A stretch of DNA of 64,000 bases from Octopus sinensis. Taxonomy: Eukaryota. Below, piece after piece: positions 38,190 through 51,719 of this stretch; within the stretch, counting starts at the first letter, position 1, and each line of letters begins with the position of its first letter. Below the pieces are notes generated by a model. That model made no database searches, was not told the DNA's origin, and saw nothing but the letters and a program-made list of their open reading frames with translations. A program made the translations under genes and the position numbers. The stretch is taken from NCBI RefSeq assembly GCF_006345805.1, contig NC_043010.1, forward strand, positions 40,362,001-40,426,000. The letters are read 5' to 3'.

Positions 38190-38880
38190 CGTGTGTGGTA
38201 AGAAGCTTGCTTCCCGACTACATGTTTCAGGTTCAGTCCCACTGCATGGTACCTTGGTGCAAGTGCCTTTTACTAAAAGCCTTGAGCCGACCAAAGCCTT
38301 ACCGTCGGGTTTGGTATAAACTGAAACTGAAAAAAACCCGTAGTATATATGTGTGTGTGTGCATATATATATGCGTATATATCTTTGTGTGTCTCTTTGT
38401 GTGTTTTCCCCTCCATCACCTCTTGACAACAGGTGTTGGTGTCTAAGTCCCCGTACCATAGCGATTCATCAAAATGTGGAAGATAGAATGAGCACTAGGC
38501 TTTAAAAAATATGTCCTTGGACCGATTTGTTCGACTAAAACCCTTTGAGCCGGTGCTCCAGCATGGCCGCAGTCAAGTGCCTGAAGCAAGTAAAAGAATT
38601 AAAGGAATATGTGGACGGAAACTGAAAGAAGCCCGTCGTATATATGTATATGTATATATATATATATGTGTGTGTGTTGTGTGTCTGTAGTTGTCCCCCC
38701 AACATCGCTTGACAACCGATGCTAGTGTGTTTACGTCCCCGTAACTTAGCGGTTCAGCAAAAGAGACCGATAGAATAAGTACTAGGCTTAGAAAGAATAA
38801 GTCCTGGGGTCGATTTGCTCGACTAAAGGCGGTGCTCCAGCATAGCCGCAGTAAAATGACTGAAACAAGTAAAAGAGTAA
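38190..38880 (+). mobile_element. Two tandem SINE A copies: an older full copy (38190-38600) and a 5'-truncated less diverged copy (38612-38880)
   Basis: Two successive bodies and tails. Confidence 0.85.
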
Positions 38881-38946
38881 TACATACATACATACATACA
38901 TACATACATACATACATACATACATACATACATACATACATACATA

Positions 38947-40196
38947 CGCGGGTCGGCAGCAAAGTTCCGACGCTGGCCAAGATACTCTCATTGATCCAAA
39001 GGAGTTTTATTTTTCAGCAGTCTCCCTTGCGCTCCCCACACTTCTTCCATCGGTGTTGCAGTGCTTGTATCCCATTCGTGTTAGTCAAAAATCACATCAG
39101 CAGCGGATGAGACGTCATTATCACTAAAATACTGGTTCCCAGCCAATTTTTTTTTTCAGGTTGGGTACCAGTTGATAGTCAGATGGGGCCAAATCAGGAG
39201 AATAGGAAGGGTATTTAACCACTTTAAAATCACAGCAGCCATTGAAACCGACACATGTATGCTGGAGCATCGTCCTTCTGAAACGAGACCCCTTTTGCCA
39301 GATTTCCTGGACTTTTTGTCTTGATAGCCTTTCGTAGCTGCTCCAGCAAGTTAATACGTTATTCTACATTGATGGTGTGGCCCTTTTGAAGATAGTCAAT
39401 AAATATAATGCCTTTTGCGACCCAAAAATCTGAAGCCGCGTCACATTCCGTGCAGATGAAACTCCCTCGGCATCTTTACGGCTGGTGAGGAGGGGTATTT
39501 CTACTACGTGGGTTGTCTCAGACTGAAGAAACCAAAACTCATCCTGGCTAAGGAAACGTTTCAAGAAAACCATTTGGATTTGTTTCAAACAACGTTAGAT
39601 TTTTCAGTGGTGTATTTAGCCTGGTGCGCTGTTGATCAGGTGTCACAAGATGTCGCACACACCGAGCAGGAACCTTCGTCATGGCAAGTTCATTGTGCAG
39701 AATATTCTCACCTCTCTCACTGGATATGCTAATAGCATTGTTCGTTTGATTTATAGTGAATCGAATGTCATCCATCTCTATGTGATAAACACGATCAATG
39801 TTTTCCTCGCTAGCGGTATTTGCAGGACATCCAAACCTTGGGACATCTTCAATATTCCCTTCCCTCTTAAATTCCGTTGCCCACTTTTGCACTGCTGATA
39901 AAGCTGGAGCGTCACCCACCCTAATGTAGCATCCATATGAACATGAGTGTCCTCGGGACTGTTTCATTTTATTTTTACGGATACTCGCTAACACTGCGAT
40001 GCCAAATGTTGTCCATTTTCAAGAGATATCGCCAGTAGTTACATTTGATATCTTCTTTGAGCAGTTGGATATCAGTTTACCCGAAAAAAAAGACATAGTT
40101 ATTTACATAAAGTGTTGAAATTAATGAATGAAAGTGTTCGCAGCTCTACTATCACGCATTCATACACAGCACATGAACTCTTCAGCTCGCTGTCGA
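38947..40196 (-). mobile_element. Full-length decayed mariner element (~1.25 kb)
   Basis: HTH region (VQKWATEFKR..DVPRFGCP), KVPARCV (WVPR-like), QDEFW, YSPDLAPSDY at ~39180-39205; degenerate TIRs cgcgggtcggcagcaaagttcc and tgaactcttcagctcgctgtcg; TA at 38945. Confidence 0.9.
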
Positions 40197-40210
40197 ATAC
40201 ATCCTTCAAA

Positions 40211-40532
40211 TTTTTAAATCTATTTATGCGCCCCTTTCAAGCCTAGCCAGGCTCACGGGCCCGGTTTCCCGGTTTCTATGGCGTATGTGTTCCCCCCAGC
40301 TGGACGGGACGCCAGTCTATCGCAGCGTTACCCAAGAAGCAGGAAGAAAGAGTGAGAGAAAGTTGGGGCGAAAGAGTACAACAGGGGTCGCCACCCCTCC
40401 CTGCCGGGGCCTCGTGGAGATTTAGGTGTTTTCGCTCAATAAACACACACAACGCCCGGTCTAGGAATCGAAACCGCGATCCTCCGACCACGAGTCCGCT
40501 GCCCTAACCACTAGGCCATTGCGCTTACACAT
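40211..40532 (-). mobile_element. SINE family B with 10-bp TSD
   Basis: TSD atccttcaaa at 40201-40210 and 40533-40542. Confidence 0.9.
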
Positions 40533-41463
40533 ATCCTTCAAAAACTTCAGTCAAAACAATCATTAGGGGACAGTCATGCTGGAGCACCGAATCGGACCTT
40601 TTAGTTAAATTTGTTTGACTAGAACGTCAAAAAAATCGACTCCATATTATATAGGTCTCTTTTGCCCAACCGCTGAATATCTATCTGTCTATATATCTAT
40701 CTATCTATCTGTCTGTCTATCTATCTACCTATGACTATACTGTTGGATGTTTCCTCCCTTTAAGCTAAGGCTATGCTATAAGATGTAGCATGCTTGGGCT
40801 GTTTGTATATGCAGGTTGAAGAAGCAAACATAGAGGACCAAGACGGCTATAAATTTATTAAATATAAAATAGCTATATACAGCTACTTTCAAAAGTACAA
40901 ACTTCAATAACCACTTCGTGTAATATTTTTACTATGAAAATATAACATTTATTAACGTGAAAGGAAAATTTTGATTGAATTGTGGAAATTAATGCATGAA
41001 TCCTATGGTTTTCCCTTTCATAACAGCACAGCTTGAAACAAGCTTTCATCGATCGACTGCGTAGGAAATTAATAGAATAACTACGCAAAACGTACGTATG
41101 CACGCATATGTCTGCTTGTATGTATATATGTAAGGCTATATGAGTATATATCTATAAGATGTGTACGTGCGTGCCTCTGTGTGTGTGTGTGTATGTACAT
41201 GAACTTGCGACAGGATTAGTGTAAACAGTGTAAAATACATCAGAGCAGCCCAACACAGAACAAAAAGCGGAAAACAAATAAGGAAAAGGAAATATATATA
41301 GATAACTAACTCACTAAATTCATTAGATCTAGCAAAACATGATTGAACAGCGGTGTAACACATAAACTCATAAACATGAATGAACCGGTTGTTTCAGATA
41401 TGTCTACATGAATACATAGAAAGGCGTGTGTGTGTATGTGTGTGTGTGTGTATATACATACTT

Positions 41464-41534
<71 letters not shown>

Positions 41535-41598
41535 TATAAATAATATATATACATATATATATATATACATATATATATATACATATATGTATACATAT

Positions 41599-41632
<34 letters not shown>

Positions 41633-41660
41633 CATACATATCCACACACATATTCATATA

Positions 41661-41728
<68 letters not shown>

Positions 41729-41869
41729 GTATATATATATATATATTGCTGTATCTGTTTGTACGTGCTTGGTTGTATATACAATTTTCTGCCGCATATT
41801 AGCATGCCTTACATCTACTTATATCCCAGGCCTTTAATAACAATAACAGCAATAACAATATTAATAATA

Positions 41870-41883
41870 ATAACAACAATCAT

Positions 41884-41927
<44 letters not shown>

Positions 41928-41929
41928 TA

Positions 41930-41960
<31 letters not shown>

Positions 41961-42153
41961 GTAATAGTAATAATCATTGTGATGGTGATGATGATTATTA
42001 TCACCATCATGGAAAATTATTAATAAGTGTATTAATAAATAAAACGGATGATGATGATAATAATGATAACGATAATTTGTATTATTTTTATTATTATTAT
42101 CATTATTATTATTATTATAATCGTTATTATTATTATTATATTATTATTATTAT

Positions 42154-42188
<35 letters not shown>

Positions 42189-42281
42189 CTTGTAGTGGTG
42201 GTGGTAGTTGTAGTGGTGGTAGTAGTAGTGGCGGCGGTGGTGTGCGGCAGTAGTATTTGTAGTAGTATTTGTAGTAGTATT

Positions 42282-42336
<55 letters not shown>

Positions 42337-42420
42337 TCATCATCATCATCATCATTATCCTTATTATTATTAGCATTATTATTGTTCTTGCTGTTATCAT
42401 GACTACAACATCAACAACAA
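41870..42420. repeat. Compound trinucleotide microsatellite field (AAT, GAT, TTA, TAG, TGG, CAT)
   Basis: Directly visible. Confidence 0.95.
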
Positions 42421-43084
42421 ATAGTAATAATAATGAGAGTAATTATAAAGCTATGAAACAGATAACGCGATACATCAAATGGAACGAACAAACAAATCAA
42501 AGTACCGATTGAAATTAGTAAGTGTTTAATGGAGAGCGAAAAACATTGTTCAAAATATCATATGAATACTATAGCGCAAAATCAAACGTAGATATATATA
42601 TATATATATATAAGTGAATAAATAAATAAGCAAACAGCAAAACATATTAACACAGCGTTTATTTATAGTCTTAAATTAGATGATAAAGAGTAAATTTTAC
42701 GACTTCTAATCGTGCAGTCAATCAGTCGTGACGTAGTTTATATTATTTTGTTAGACGAATATCGATAGATTTAACATATTTATATATATATATATATATG
42801 AACAAATAGCTTTCACAACGTTCCCAATAGTGCTAACCGTTGTTATAATATTTATTATACTTATTATTTGAAAGACTAAAATGATAAAAATTTCGGAATG
42901 CTTATTTGTATTGTCATAGTAATATGTTTGATGTTGTACCTCTTCGGTGGTTATTCGAATTTTGTTTCTTTTTTTTTTTTTGTCTTTCATTTTCCTTTGC
43001 ATTAGACCTTTGCGTGAATATATATATTTATTATATATGGGAATATATATATTTTCTATATATATATAAGATATATATATATAT

Positions 43085-43131
<47 letters not shown>

Positions 43132-43208
43132 ATTATATATATTCATATATATATATTATATAATATATATATATATTATATTATATATATATACATATAT
43201 ATATATAT

Positions 43209-43240
<32 letters not shown>

Positions 43241-43482
43241 TTATTTATTTATGTATATATAATATATATGATGTATATATATATTCTTTTTTTAGTTTAT
43301 TTTTTTAACGTTTGCCTTTCTGTTTTACATGCAGTCATTATGGCCTACAATGGGACATGATATTGAGACAGATACACATGTAGATAAACGAGAAAATCAA
43401 TGAATTTAACATGTAGCGATAAAGGAACGTTGAAAGAGAAACTAACAAATCGGCATGTGTATGGATATGTGTATGAGGTGTC

Positions 43483-43564
43483 GATGAGGTGGCCGAGTGG
43501 TTAAGGCGAGGGACAGCTAATCCGTTGGGATATACCCGCGTGAGTTCGTATCTCATCCTCGTCG
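43483..43564 (+). tRNA. tRNA-Ser(GCT), probable pseudogene
   Basis: 82 nt; acceptor stem GATGAGG/CCTCGTC, D-arm TGGCCGAGTGGTTAAGGC, anticodon GCT at 43516-43518, long variable arm, intact T-stem; invariant U33 and A58 are substituted and there is a G:G mismatch in the anticodon stem. Confidence 0.9.
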
Positions 43565-43575
43565 GTTTCTTTATA

Positions 43576-44040
43576 GGCTCAGGAGTGGCTGTGTGGTAAG
43601 TAGCTTGCTTACCAACCACGTAGTTACGGATTCAGACTAACTGCGTGGCACCTTGGAAGTGTCTTCTACTATAACCTCGTGTCGACCAAACCTTGTGAGT
43701 GGATTTGGTAGACGGAAACTGAAAGATGCCCGTCGTATATATGTATATGTGTGTATGTGTGTATATACATATATATATGTGTTGTGTGTGTGTGTGCGTG
43801 TGTGTGTGTGTGTGCGTGTGTGTGTGTGTGCGTTTGTGTTTGCGTCTCTGTGTTTGTCCTCCAACATCGCTTGACAACCGATGGTGGTGTGTTTACGTCC
43901 CCGTAACTTATCGGTTCGGCAAAAGCGACCGATAGAATAAGTCCTGGGGGGAGGGGTCGATTTGCTCGACTAAAGGTGGTGCTCCAGCATGGCCACAGTC
44001 TAATGACTGAAACAAGTAAAAAGGTAAAAGAGAAAAGAGA
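43576..44040 (+). mobile_element. SINE family A, full length
   Basis: Head, microsatellite-containing middle and tail. Confidence 0.9.
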
Positions 44041-45255
44041 TATAATAATATATAATATATATATGTGATATATAAATATATATATTATATATATATACAC
44101 ATACTACATATATATATATATATAATATATAATATATATATATATATACATGCATACATATATATTATACATATATATATATACATACCATCATATATAT
44201 ATATATATATAAATATTATATATATATTATATATATATATAGATATATATAAGAACACAGGCAACAGGTTGCTTGACCGCATACCGAAAAAGTAGAATAG
44301 CAGTCAAGAATGCTCATTTCTATTTTCCACAAGTGGGGCTCCACACACGACATACCCTGCATTCACATTATACTGAACTTTACAGAAGTTCCTACCGTTA
44401 ATCGGCTATATTTACATACCGAATTCTACCAGTAAATAATAGAAATTATTTACTCTTATTATTATATTATATATATATATATATATATATTATATATGTG
44501 CCTGTTTTTTCGTCTGTTATTCTATATGTGTGGTGGGGTTGTGTGCATCGAGTAGAATACCTTGCGGTGTTCTGACACTTCCCGATCTGGAATGAAGTGA
44601 GCATTTTTACTTAACATATTCTTCAGACTAAATAAATAAATTACTGTTCCGATAGTAGGATGCGAATTTGCGGAGGAAGGGCAGAGAACAACAAGTGAGT
44701 AGCATTATAACTCATGAATGTTAATCTATAAATACTCATACGAATACTTTAAGTACTTCTATTTACATTTTCTATTTACAATTTCTGTGGATGACTTTCA
44801 GAGAGAATATTTTTTACAAATTTGTATGAAATATTTTATGCAGATAGGAAGAATTCCCATGTAGTATCCTGTGGTGAATTTATGAATCAGATTTGAATCT
44901 TCTTAAATGTAAAAAAACAAAAGGAAAGGATTGTTGTATGGGATATATTGGCGAGTTTTATTTCTGGGTGTTACTTTATATAGAATATGGAGTGGCAGTG
45001 TTGTGTGTTATCTGTAAATCCATATAAAAGATTTCTATCAATGGATATGTGTCGCTTCAGGAATAGGTTAACTGTAGGTCAGCGCATCACATTATGTGCT
45101 TGCGTTCTTTTGGTCTGTGCGTTGCAGCACACATATAAATGCACACGCACAAATACATACACATGCACATACGAATACACAAATTTACCTCATCTCTCTC
45201 CCATTCTTTCCCTCCCTCTCTTTCCCTGTATATATATGTGTGTGTGTGTGTGTCT

Positions 45256-45285
<30 letters not shown>

Positions 45286-45293
<8 letters not shown>

Positions 45294-46530
45294 AAAGGGC
45301 TTAGTAAAATAAATTACTTTGCCGCATACTGAACTCATTAGAAATAGTAGCTAAAAAAACTTTTTTAAAACTATTTCTAATACTTAAAGAAAACCTCTCT
45401 CATATAGTGTTTGCTCAATTCAACTCACGAAAGTATGGGGGAAAAGACATTAAAAAATCAAATGCAAAGGTTATTTGAGAACGTACGTTTCAAGATTAGT
45501 CAACTCGACATTCTATCATCAGCTCAGAACTCCTTGGTTTGGATTTGAAAACACTGAAAGTGGGAGCATACCCTTTCGGCTTCTTATCGCTTCTGAAGAT
45601 CTGCTCGAAACTAACAGTGCCAGCAAACTCAAATATGCAAGCGAAGAATTTCTGCTCTCCCCTTTCCACCCAGCGGGTTAAAATCAGTAAACACTATGCT
45701 TTTTTCGGTAAAATCCGAGGCATTAAATAGAGAGAGATGAATTATAATTTCAACAATTGAGGGTAAAATTAATTAATTATTAATCAATTTCACCAAGTAT
45801 TCAGTATGCAAAGGGTCATTTAAGGCGAATTCAAATTATTACATTATATAAAAGGGCTTAGTAAAATAAATTACTTTGCCGCATACTGAACTCATTAGAA
45901 ATAGTAGCCAAAAAAACTTTTTTAAAACTATTTCTAATACTTAAAGAAAACCTCTCTCATATAGTGTTTGCTCAATTCAACTCACGAAAGTATGGGGGTA
46001 AAGACATTAAAAAATCAAATGCATAGTGTTTACTGATTTTAACCCACGCTGGTGGAAAGGGGAGAGCAGAAATTCTTCGCTTGCATATTTGAGTTTGCTG
46101 GCACTGTTAGTTTCGAGCAGATCTTCAGAAGCGATAAGAAGCCGAAAGGGTATGCTCCCACTTTCAGTGTTTTCAAATCCAAACCAAGGAGTTCTGAGCT
46201 GATGATAGAAATGTCGAGTTGACTAATCTTGAAACGTACGTTCTCAAATAACCTTTGCATTTGATTTTTTAATGTCTTTACCCCCATACTTTCGTGAGTT
46301 GAATTGAGCAAACACTATATGAGAGACGTTTTCTTTAAGTATTAGAATAGTTTTAAAAAAGTTTTTTAGCTACTATTTCTAATGAGTTCAGTATGCGGCA
46401 AAGTAATTTATTTTACTAAGCCCTTTTATATAATGTAATAATTTGAATTCGCCTTAAATGGTCCCTTTGCATACTGAATACTTGGTGAAATTGATTAATA
46501 TTAATTAATTTTACCCTCAATTGTTGAAAT
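45286..46530. repeat. 557-bp unit arranged as full copy + partial direct copy + inverted copy
   Basis: U1 45286-45842, U2 45843-46023, inverted segment 46021-46530. Confidence 0.92.
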
Positions 46531-47490
46531 ATATATATTATATAATATATATATATATATAATATATATATATATATATCCATGAATATATGTGTGTGTA
46601 TCCGTGTGCCTGTATGTGTACGTGTGTATACACACGTGCGTGCACATCACACGCGCACATATATATATGTATGCGTATGTGTATATATATGTACATACAT
46701 ATTTAATATGCATATGTGCAAGTGGGTGTCAACCTTTGTGTTTTTGCATATGCTTCAGTTGGAGATAACAACGTAACCTCTGTAATGAACTACATTTATC
46801 GTATATTTGACTTGACTTTGAGCGAATAGAGCCATTTCCTAAGATTTGTTTCTGTCTTTCTCTTGCATGAATTCCCACATCACCATACGTTATTTATACG
46901 TCAGCTAAAATCACTTTATCCAAAATTAAAGCTATTTTGGCAAAACTTTTTATACACCATCACTGCAATGCACATTTATATGATCAATTCAACGTCCAGT
47001 AACAGATCTTTTCATATGAAATGATCAAAAGTCTTTCATATAGTATCAAACTGTATCCCAATATGCGTCATAGAAATCTTGATAACCTCCTTGGTAAATA
47101 TGTTTTTTTGCAAACAATTTCACGCATCGAAATTGGAACTACTAATATGATTCCATTACTGTTTTTATTATAGTTCTAGAAGATTAATCCGATGTCAGAA
47201 GTAAATTGAACATGAAATATACTAACAATATTTTTCTATAAATCTGTTATATAGTTATTATAATTAGAATTACATAAAAGAACTCTTGTTCATACCGAAC
47301 TCTATAAAGTAATATCAATGAACAATTAATTAACAGTTAGGAGCGAGTTTTAAGGTGTATTACACATTTGATGTAGATTTATTTGGTGCAGATGTGTTAA
47401 AGCTGGTCTATCCGATTAGTCTGAACATTTGAGAATATAGCGAAATATAGGAAAAGAATAGACATCAACTTTAGAACACTTCACTACTGG

Positions 47491-47596
47491 TTAGTAGTAA
47501 CATAATCTACTTTTCGTAATTATCAAAAACAAAGAGATTAGAGTTAAAGCTGCTACATTTCTTAGATTCGATTGCAAGCAAGGATAGGTTTCTGGT
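47491..47596 (-). CDS. Candidate terminal exon with hydrophobic C-terminus
   Basis: Acceptor tcttattcattacag; phase-2 frame PETYPCLQSNLRNVAALTLISLFLIITKSRLCYY*; other frames are possible. Confidence 0.3.
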
Positions 47597-47914
47597 CTGT
47601 AATGAATAAGATATATCACAAATTAAATTATAAAGAAAAGTTTCTGTTTTAAAATGTAACATTCAGAAAATGATAGAAAATTAAGAAAATTAGTGTGTAA
47701 ATATAAGTATACTAGTCCCTTAATATTTGATATTCGTTATTTCATCTATTCAATAAGACAATCAATACTTCATTTCATTTTACACTATATATACTATTTA
47801 TACTATATATTCTATATTCTACATTAATATTATAAACAATATAGATAAAACATAAAAAACAGACAGAGTTTGAATTCCTTTGAATAATATATATACGTAT
47901 TTATATACACGTAT

Positions 47915-47959
<45 letters not shown>

Positions 47960-48467
47960 GAGATATGTGTGTATATATATATATATATATATTTATATAT
48001 CTATATATGCATGCATATAGGTATATATCTATGTATATGTGTGTATATATCTGTGTGTATTGTCGGGTTATCTTGAGGTAATCAACAATATCTTATCTAA
48101 AGATTTAATGGAATAATAGCCAACATACTGAATGTAGTAAGAACAGTAAAATCTGATACGGATGCTGACTTAGTTGCACAACTTAAAAGTACTTATTCAA
48201 CAAATATCAAGTTCACATATACAGAAAGAGAAACTGTAGCGGTTTATAAATTTCTATAGGTATTCTAGTTACAGAACTGATTTCATCTGTTCATACAGAA
48301 AATATAAAATTAAAATATAAATTTAAAACAATAAAAATAAATAAATAATAAACAAATCATTGGAGAAATTACATCAAATCTACCACGATGCCTTTTAATC
48401 AGCAAGTTATTCCTGGGGCTTCTTTCACAAAATGAAAGCGACGTGCACAGGGAGTTTGTAATATAAC

Positions 48468-48772
48468 TGGAACTCCATCGGTTACGACGATGAGTGTTCC
48501 AGCTGATCCGATCAACGGAACAACCTACGCGTGAAGTTAACGTGCAAGTAGCTGAGCCCTACACAAACACGAGCATCCGTCAGGGCAGGTTCATAGAACG
48601 TCACATGGCTGGCCCTTTGAATAACAGGTGCAACTTATTATTACCAGCTGACAGGAGTGAGGAAACGGGAAATGAAGTGCCTTGTTCAACGACACAACGA
48701 ACTATCGGGAATCGAACTCACGACCCCACGATGGTGAGGCAAATAACTTAACCAAGAGGCCACGCGCCTTCA
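48468..48772 (-). mobile_element. tRNA-derived SINE, family C
   Basis: Reverse complement of gaaggcgcgtggcctc.tggttaag..gagttcgattccc..ttgaacaaggcacttcatttc. Confidence 0.75.
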
Positions 48773-49112
48773 CAACGCATGTATTATGGTTTCAAATTTT
48801 GGCACGGGACCGGCAAGTTCGAGGGATGTGTAAGTCGATTACATCGACCCTAGTGTACTTATTTTATCGACCCTAGGTACTTATGTTATCAACACTGAGA
48901 AGACGAAAAACAATGTTGTCCTCACCGACATTTGAACTCAGAACCTAACGATTCTGTGCTAACGATTCTGGCAGCTTGTCACCTGATACAAATCTAAATA
49001 AAATAGTAATGGAATGTTGATGGAAGGTACTGGGGACATAGAAACTTCGGTTACCACGTTTCTTTTACTTTCTTTTTAAATTTAAGAATTTTAAAGAGAT
49101 TTATATACCATA

Positions 49113-49277
49113 AGGCGTAGGAGTGGCTGTGTGGTAAAGTAGCTTTCTTAGCAACCACATGGTTCCGGGTTCAGTCCCGCTGCGTGGCACCTTTGGCAAG
49201 TGTTTTCTACTATAGCCTCAGGCCGACCAAAGCCTTGTGAGTGGATTTGGTAGACGCAAACTGAAAGGAGCCCGTCG

Positions 49278-49320
<43 letters not shown>

Positions 49321-49565
49321 TGTGTGTGTGTGTGTATGCATGTGTGTGTATATGTTTGTGTGTCTGTGTTTGTCCCCCCAACATCGCTTGACAACCGATG
49401 CTGGTGTCTTTACGTCTCCATAACTTAGCGGTTCGGCAAAAGAGTTAGATAGAATAAGTACTAGGCTTACAAAGTAATAAGTCCTGGGGCTCGATTTGAC
49501 CAGCTAAAGGCGATGCTCTAGCATGGCCACAGTCAAATGACTGAAACAAGTAAAAGAGTGAAGAG
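49113..49565 (+). mobile_element. SINE family A, full length
   Basis: Head aggcgtaggagtggctgtgtgg, tail ..ctgaaacaagtaaaagag. Confidence 0.92.
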
Positions 49566-50647
49566 TATGATATCGTTCATCTTTATAATTTGATTGCTTC
49601 AGAAAAAAACATTTATGTGATTTCAAATTATTTCTAACGCTGACAGCGCCAGGAATGATTTCATTTTGCATTACCGAATATGTCATTACTGTAATATAGA
49701 CATTTTGACGGAAGAGTATACCATCTGTTCTTCAGGGGTTATTTCAGCAGAAAGAGGCACTTCAAGACAGATACAAACTAATGTCTACTTTGACGATATT
49801 GTTAAGATACTAATTTAGCAGAAAGGAGCCTTACAAGAGCCTCATGAGCTAACAGTCATTTTGGCTACATTCTTGAAATGCTATTTAAGCAGAAATCCGT
49901 ATTTCAAGAGCCATACAAGCTAATGGCTACTTTGGCTACATTCCTATCTTCACCAACAAAGCGTGAGTCTTCGTTTATAACACTTGCAAGAATTGGCATG
50001 ACCTCTGATCCGATCCAAAATCGAAAAGGTGAACATCAACTAACCTTCAATGTTTTCGAAAACAACAGAACAAATGATACTGACATGAAGAAAGTCTTTC
50101 TAATTTCTTTCAAAGCTTACTCGCTCATATTAACTTGTTAAATTTTATAAATATATGTGTTTAAATTATAACAAATAATAATGATGAATTTTACGACTCG
50201 CTTACGTGAGATGTTTCTGTTAAGGGAGATCATACCATTCATGATCGATGGTGGATATGGGAACCAAGGTATTTCTACCCATGGCAATTCCCTTTATTTT
50301 GTAACATTATAGCTATAACTCTAATATACATTGTGTAATATACTTGATTTATGGTGCTAAGATGTGATCTGAATGAAATTTGTTTGCTATTTCTTGCAGT
50401 TGTGGCCAGCACGTCGATGCTGGGGTTGCTGACAATATTTATATTTACAGATGTAGTGGATTAGGTACGGAGATACGTTCTATTGTCTGACGTTTGTTAG
50501 TAACAAACAAGTTTCGCTTTTGTTTATTTGATTTAAATAATTACATTTCTGTATCATTGATTGTGTGTAAACAAAATTTCTTTTTTATCATCAAATATCA
50601 ATAGCAATATCTCTAAATCTTGGATCCATAAATCCCAAGTGGCTTAC

Positions 50648-50699
50648 CGCCTCGTCTGTCTGGTCAGGAATATCAAAATGTTCATTATCAGCACTTCAT
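50648..50699 (-). CDS. Candidate 52-nt exon
   Basis: Strong donor CG/GTAAGC, acceptor ccgttag; phase 1 to 2 frame (N)EVLIMNILIFLTRQTR(R) fits after the 56307 exon. Confidence 0.35.
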
Positions 50700-50954
50700 C
50701 TAACGGATTTTAATTAGGATATTTTTCGTTATTCTAGTCGATTAAATTTTGCAGGAAATATATATTTTGGAAAACGAAAAACGGTTATATATTGAACTGA
50801 TAAACATTATAGTCATTTCAGATAATTTTTACGTGAAATCTAATTAAATAATAACCAGCCATGTGCATGCATTGATACCGATATATAAGTGTACAAATAT
50901 AAATTGATGAATGCCTACCCCACTTCACACACACACACATACACTCATGGACAT

Positions 50955-51243
50955 ATTTGTGGACCCAGGAAAAACGAGCTTCCACCAACAATTCTGCCTA
51001 TATATCTATGCACACCTTTCAATGCCGTGTATGCCATAAGGTCTGTAGATCTAACAGACATTTTAAGATCCAATAAGATCAGAACTTAACTCCAGCGCTT
51101 AGTGGTCCAGATCGGATATGCAATCTATGTGGATGTCTAATCAATACATTGTCTGGTTTAAAAAGCCACATCAGACGCCATGATGGATCTAAAGTATATG
51201 TACAAGAAATGGTCAGACTCCATAAGGAGTAGACAACCACCAC
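50955..51243 (+). mobile_element. 3' end of an RTE-like LINE with two degenerate C2H2 zinc fingers
   Basis: QEKRAS..HTFQCRVCHKVCRSNRHFKIQ*..RICNLCGCLINTLSGLKSHIRRH..E*, then gagtagacaacc end. Confidence 0.65.
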
Positions 51244-51330
51244 ATATATATACACACACATAAATATATATGTGTGTGTGTACGCATGTATATACATATA
51301 AATATGCATGCATGTATATATATATATTTA

Positions 51331-51719
51331 TCTTTATATATAAAAGTCAAGTTGTATGTCTGCCTCCTACGATTTAGATTCCTAACTACTCCCACATTTT
51401 GCGGTGCAGTTTAACCAAAACCGGGTATCTTATAGTCGTGATTCATATCGACCCCTTTCTGGGTATTAGCGCGCGTCTACGATTTTTATAAAAAATTACC
51501 ATCATTTTTTTCCATTTTAATGCATTTTTTCGCTATTATATAAAGGGAAGTAACTCTCTAAAAATGTCTACGATGAGTCAACGATTTTTTAAAAAAATTA
51601 CCATAATTTCTTTTCCATTTTTAATGCATTTTTTTGCTATTTTGGGGCTATAACTCTCTAAAAATGCTTATATAGTTATTTCCCTTACAAACCCGAGCAA
51701 CGCCGGGCGATACTGCTAG
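51331..51719 (+). mobile_element. Non-autonomous Helitron, same family as 23675-24183
   Basis: A/TC start, cccgagcaacgccgggcgatactgCTAG/T end, shared 5' ~150 bp. Confidence 0.85.

Noticed and set aside
45592-45625. CTGAAGA-tctgctc-GAAAC as a hammerhead ribozyme
   Set aside because: No stem II or stem I pairing, and position 17 would be G.
47052-47175. Candidate exon ..HIYQGGYQDFYDAYWDT
   Set aside because: Two competing acceptors in different frames, a weak donor, and no phase-consistent neighbours.
49878-50141. 87-aa plus-strand ORF with internal duplication
   Set aside because: No recognisable motif or splice signals; probably a decayed repeat.
50990-51230. C2H2 zinc fingers as part of a host ZNF gene
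   Set aside because: No TGEKP linkers, in-frame stop, and context matches an RTE-like LINE 3' end.
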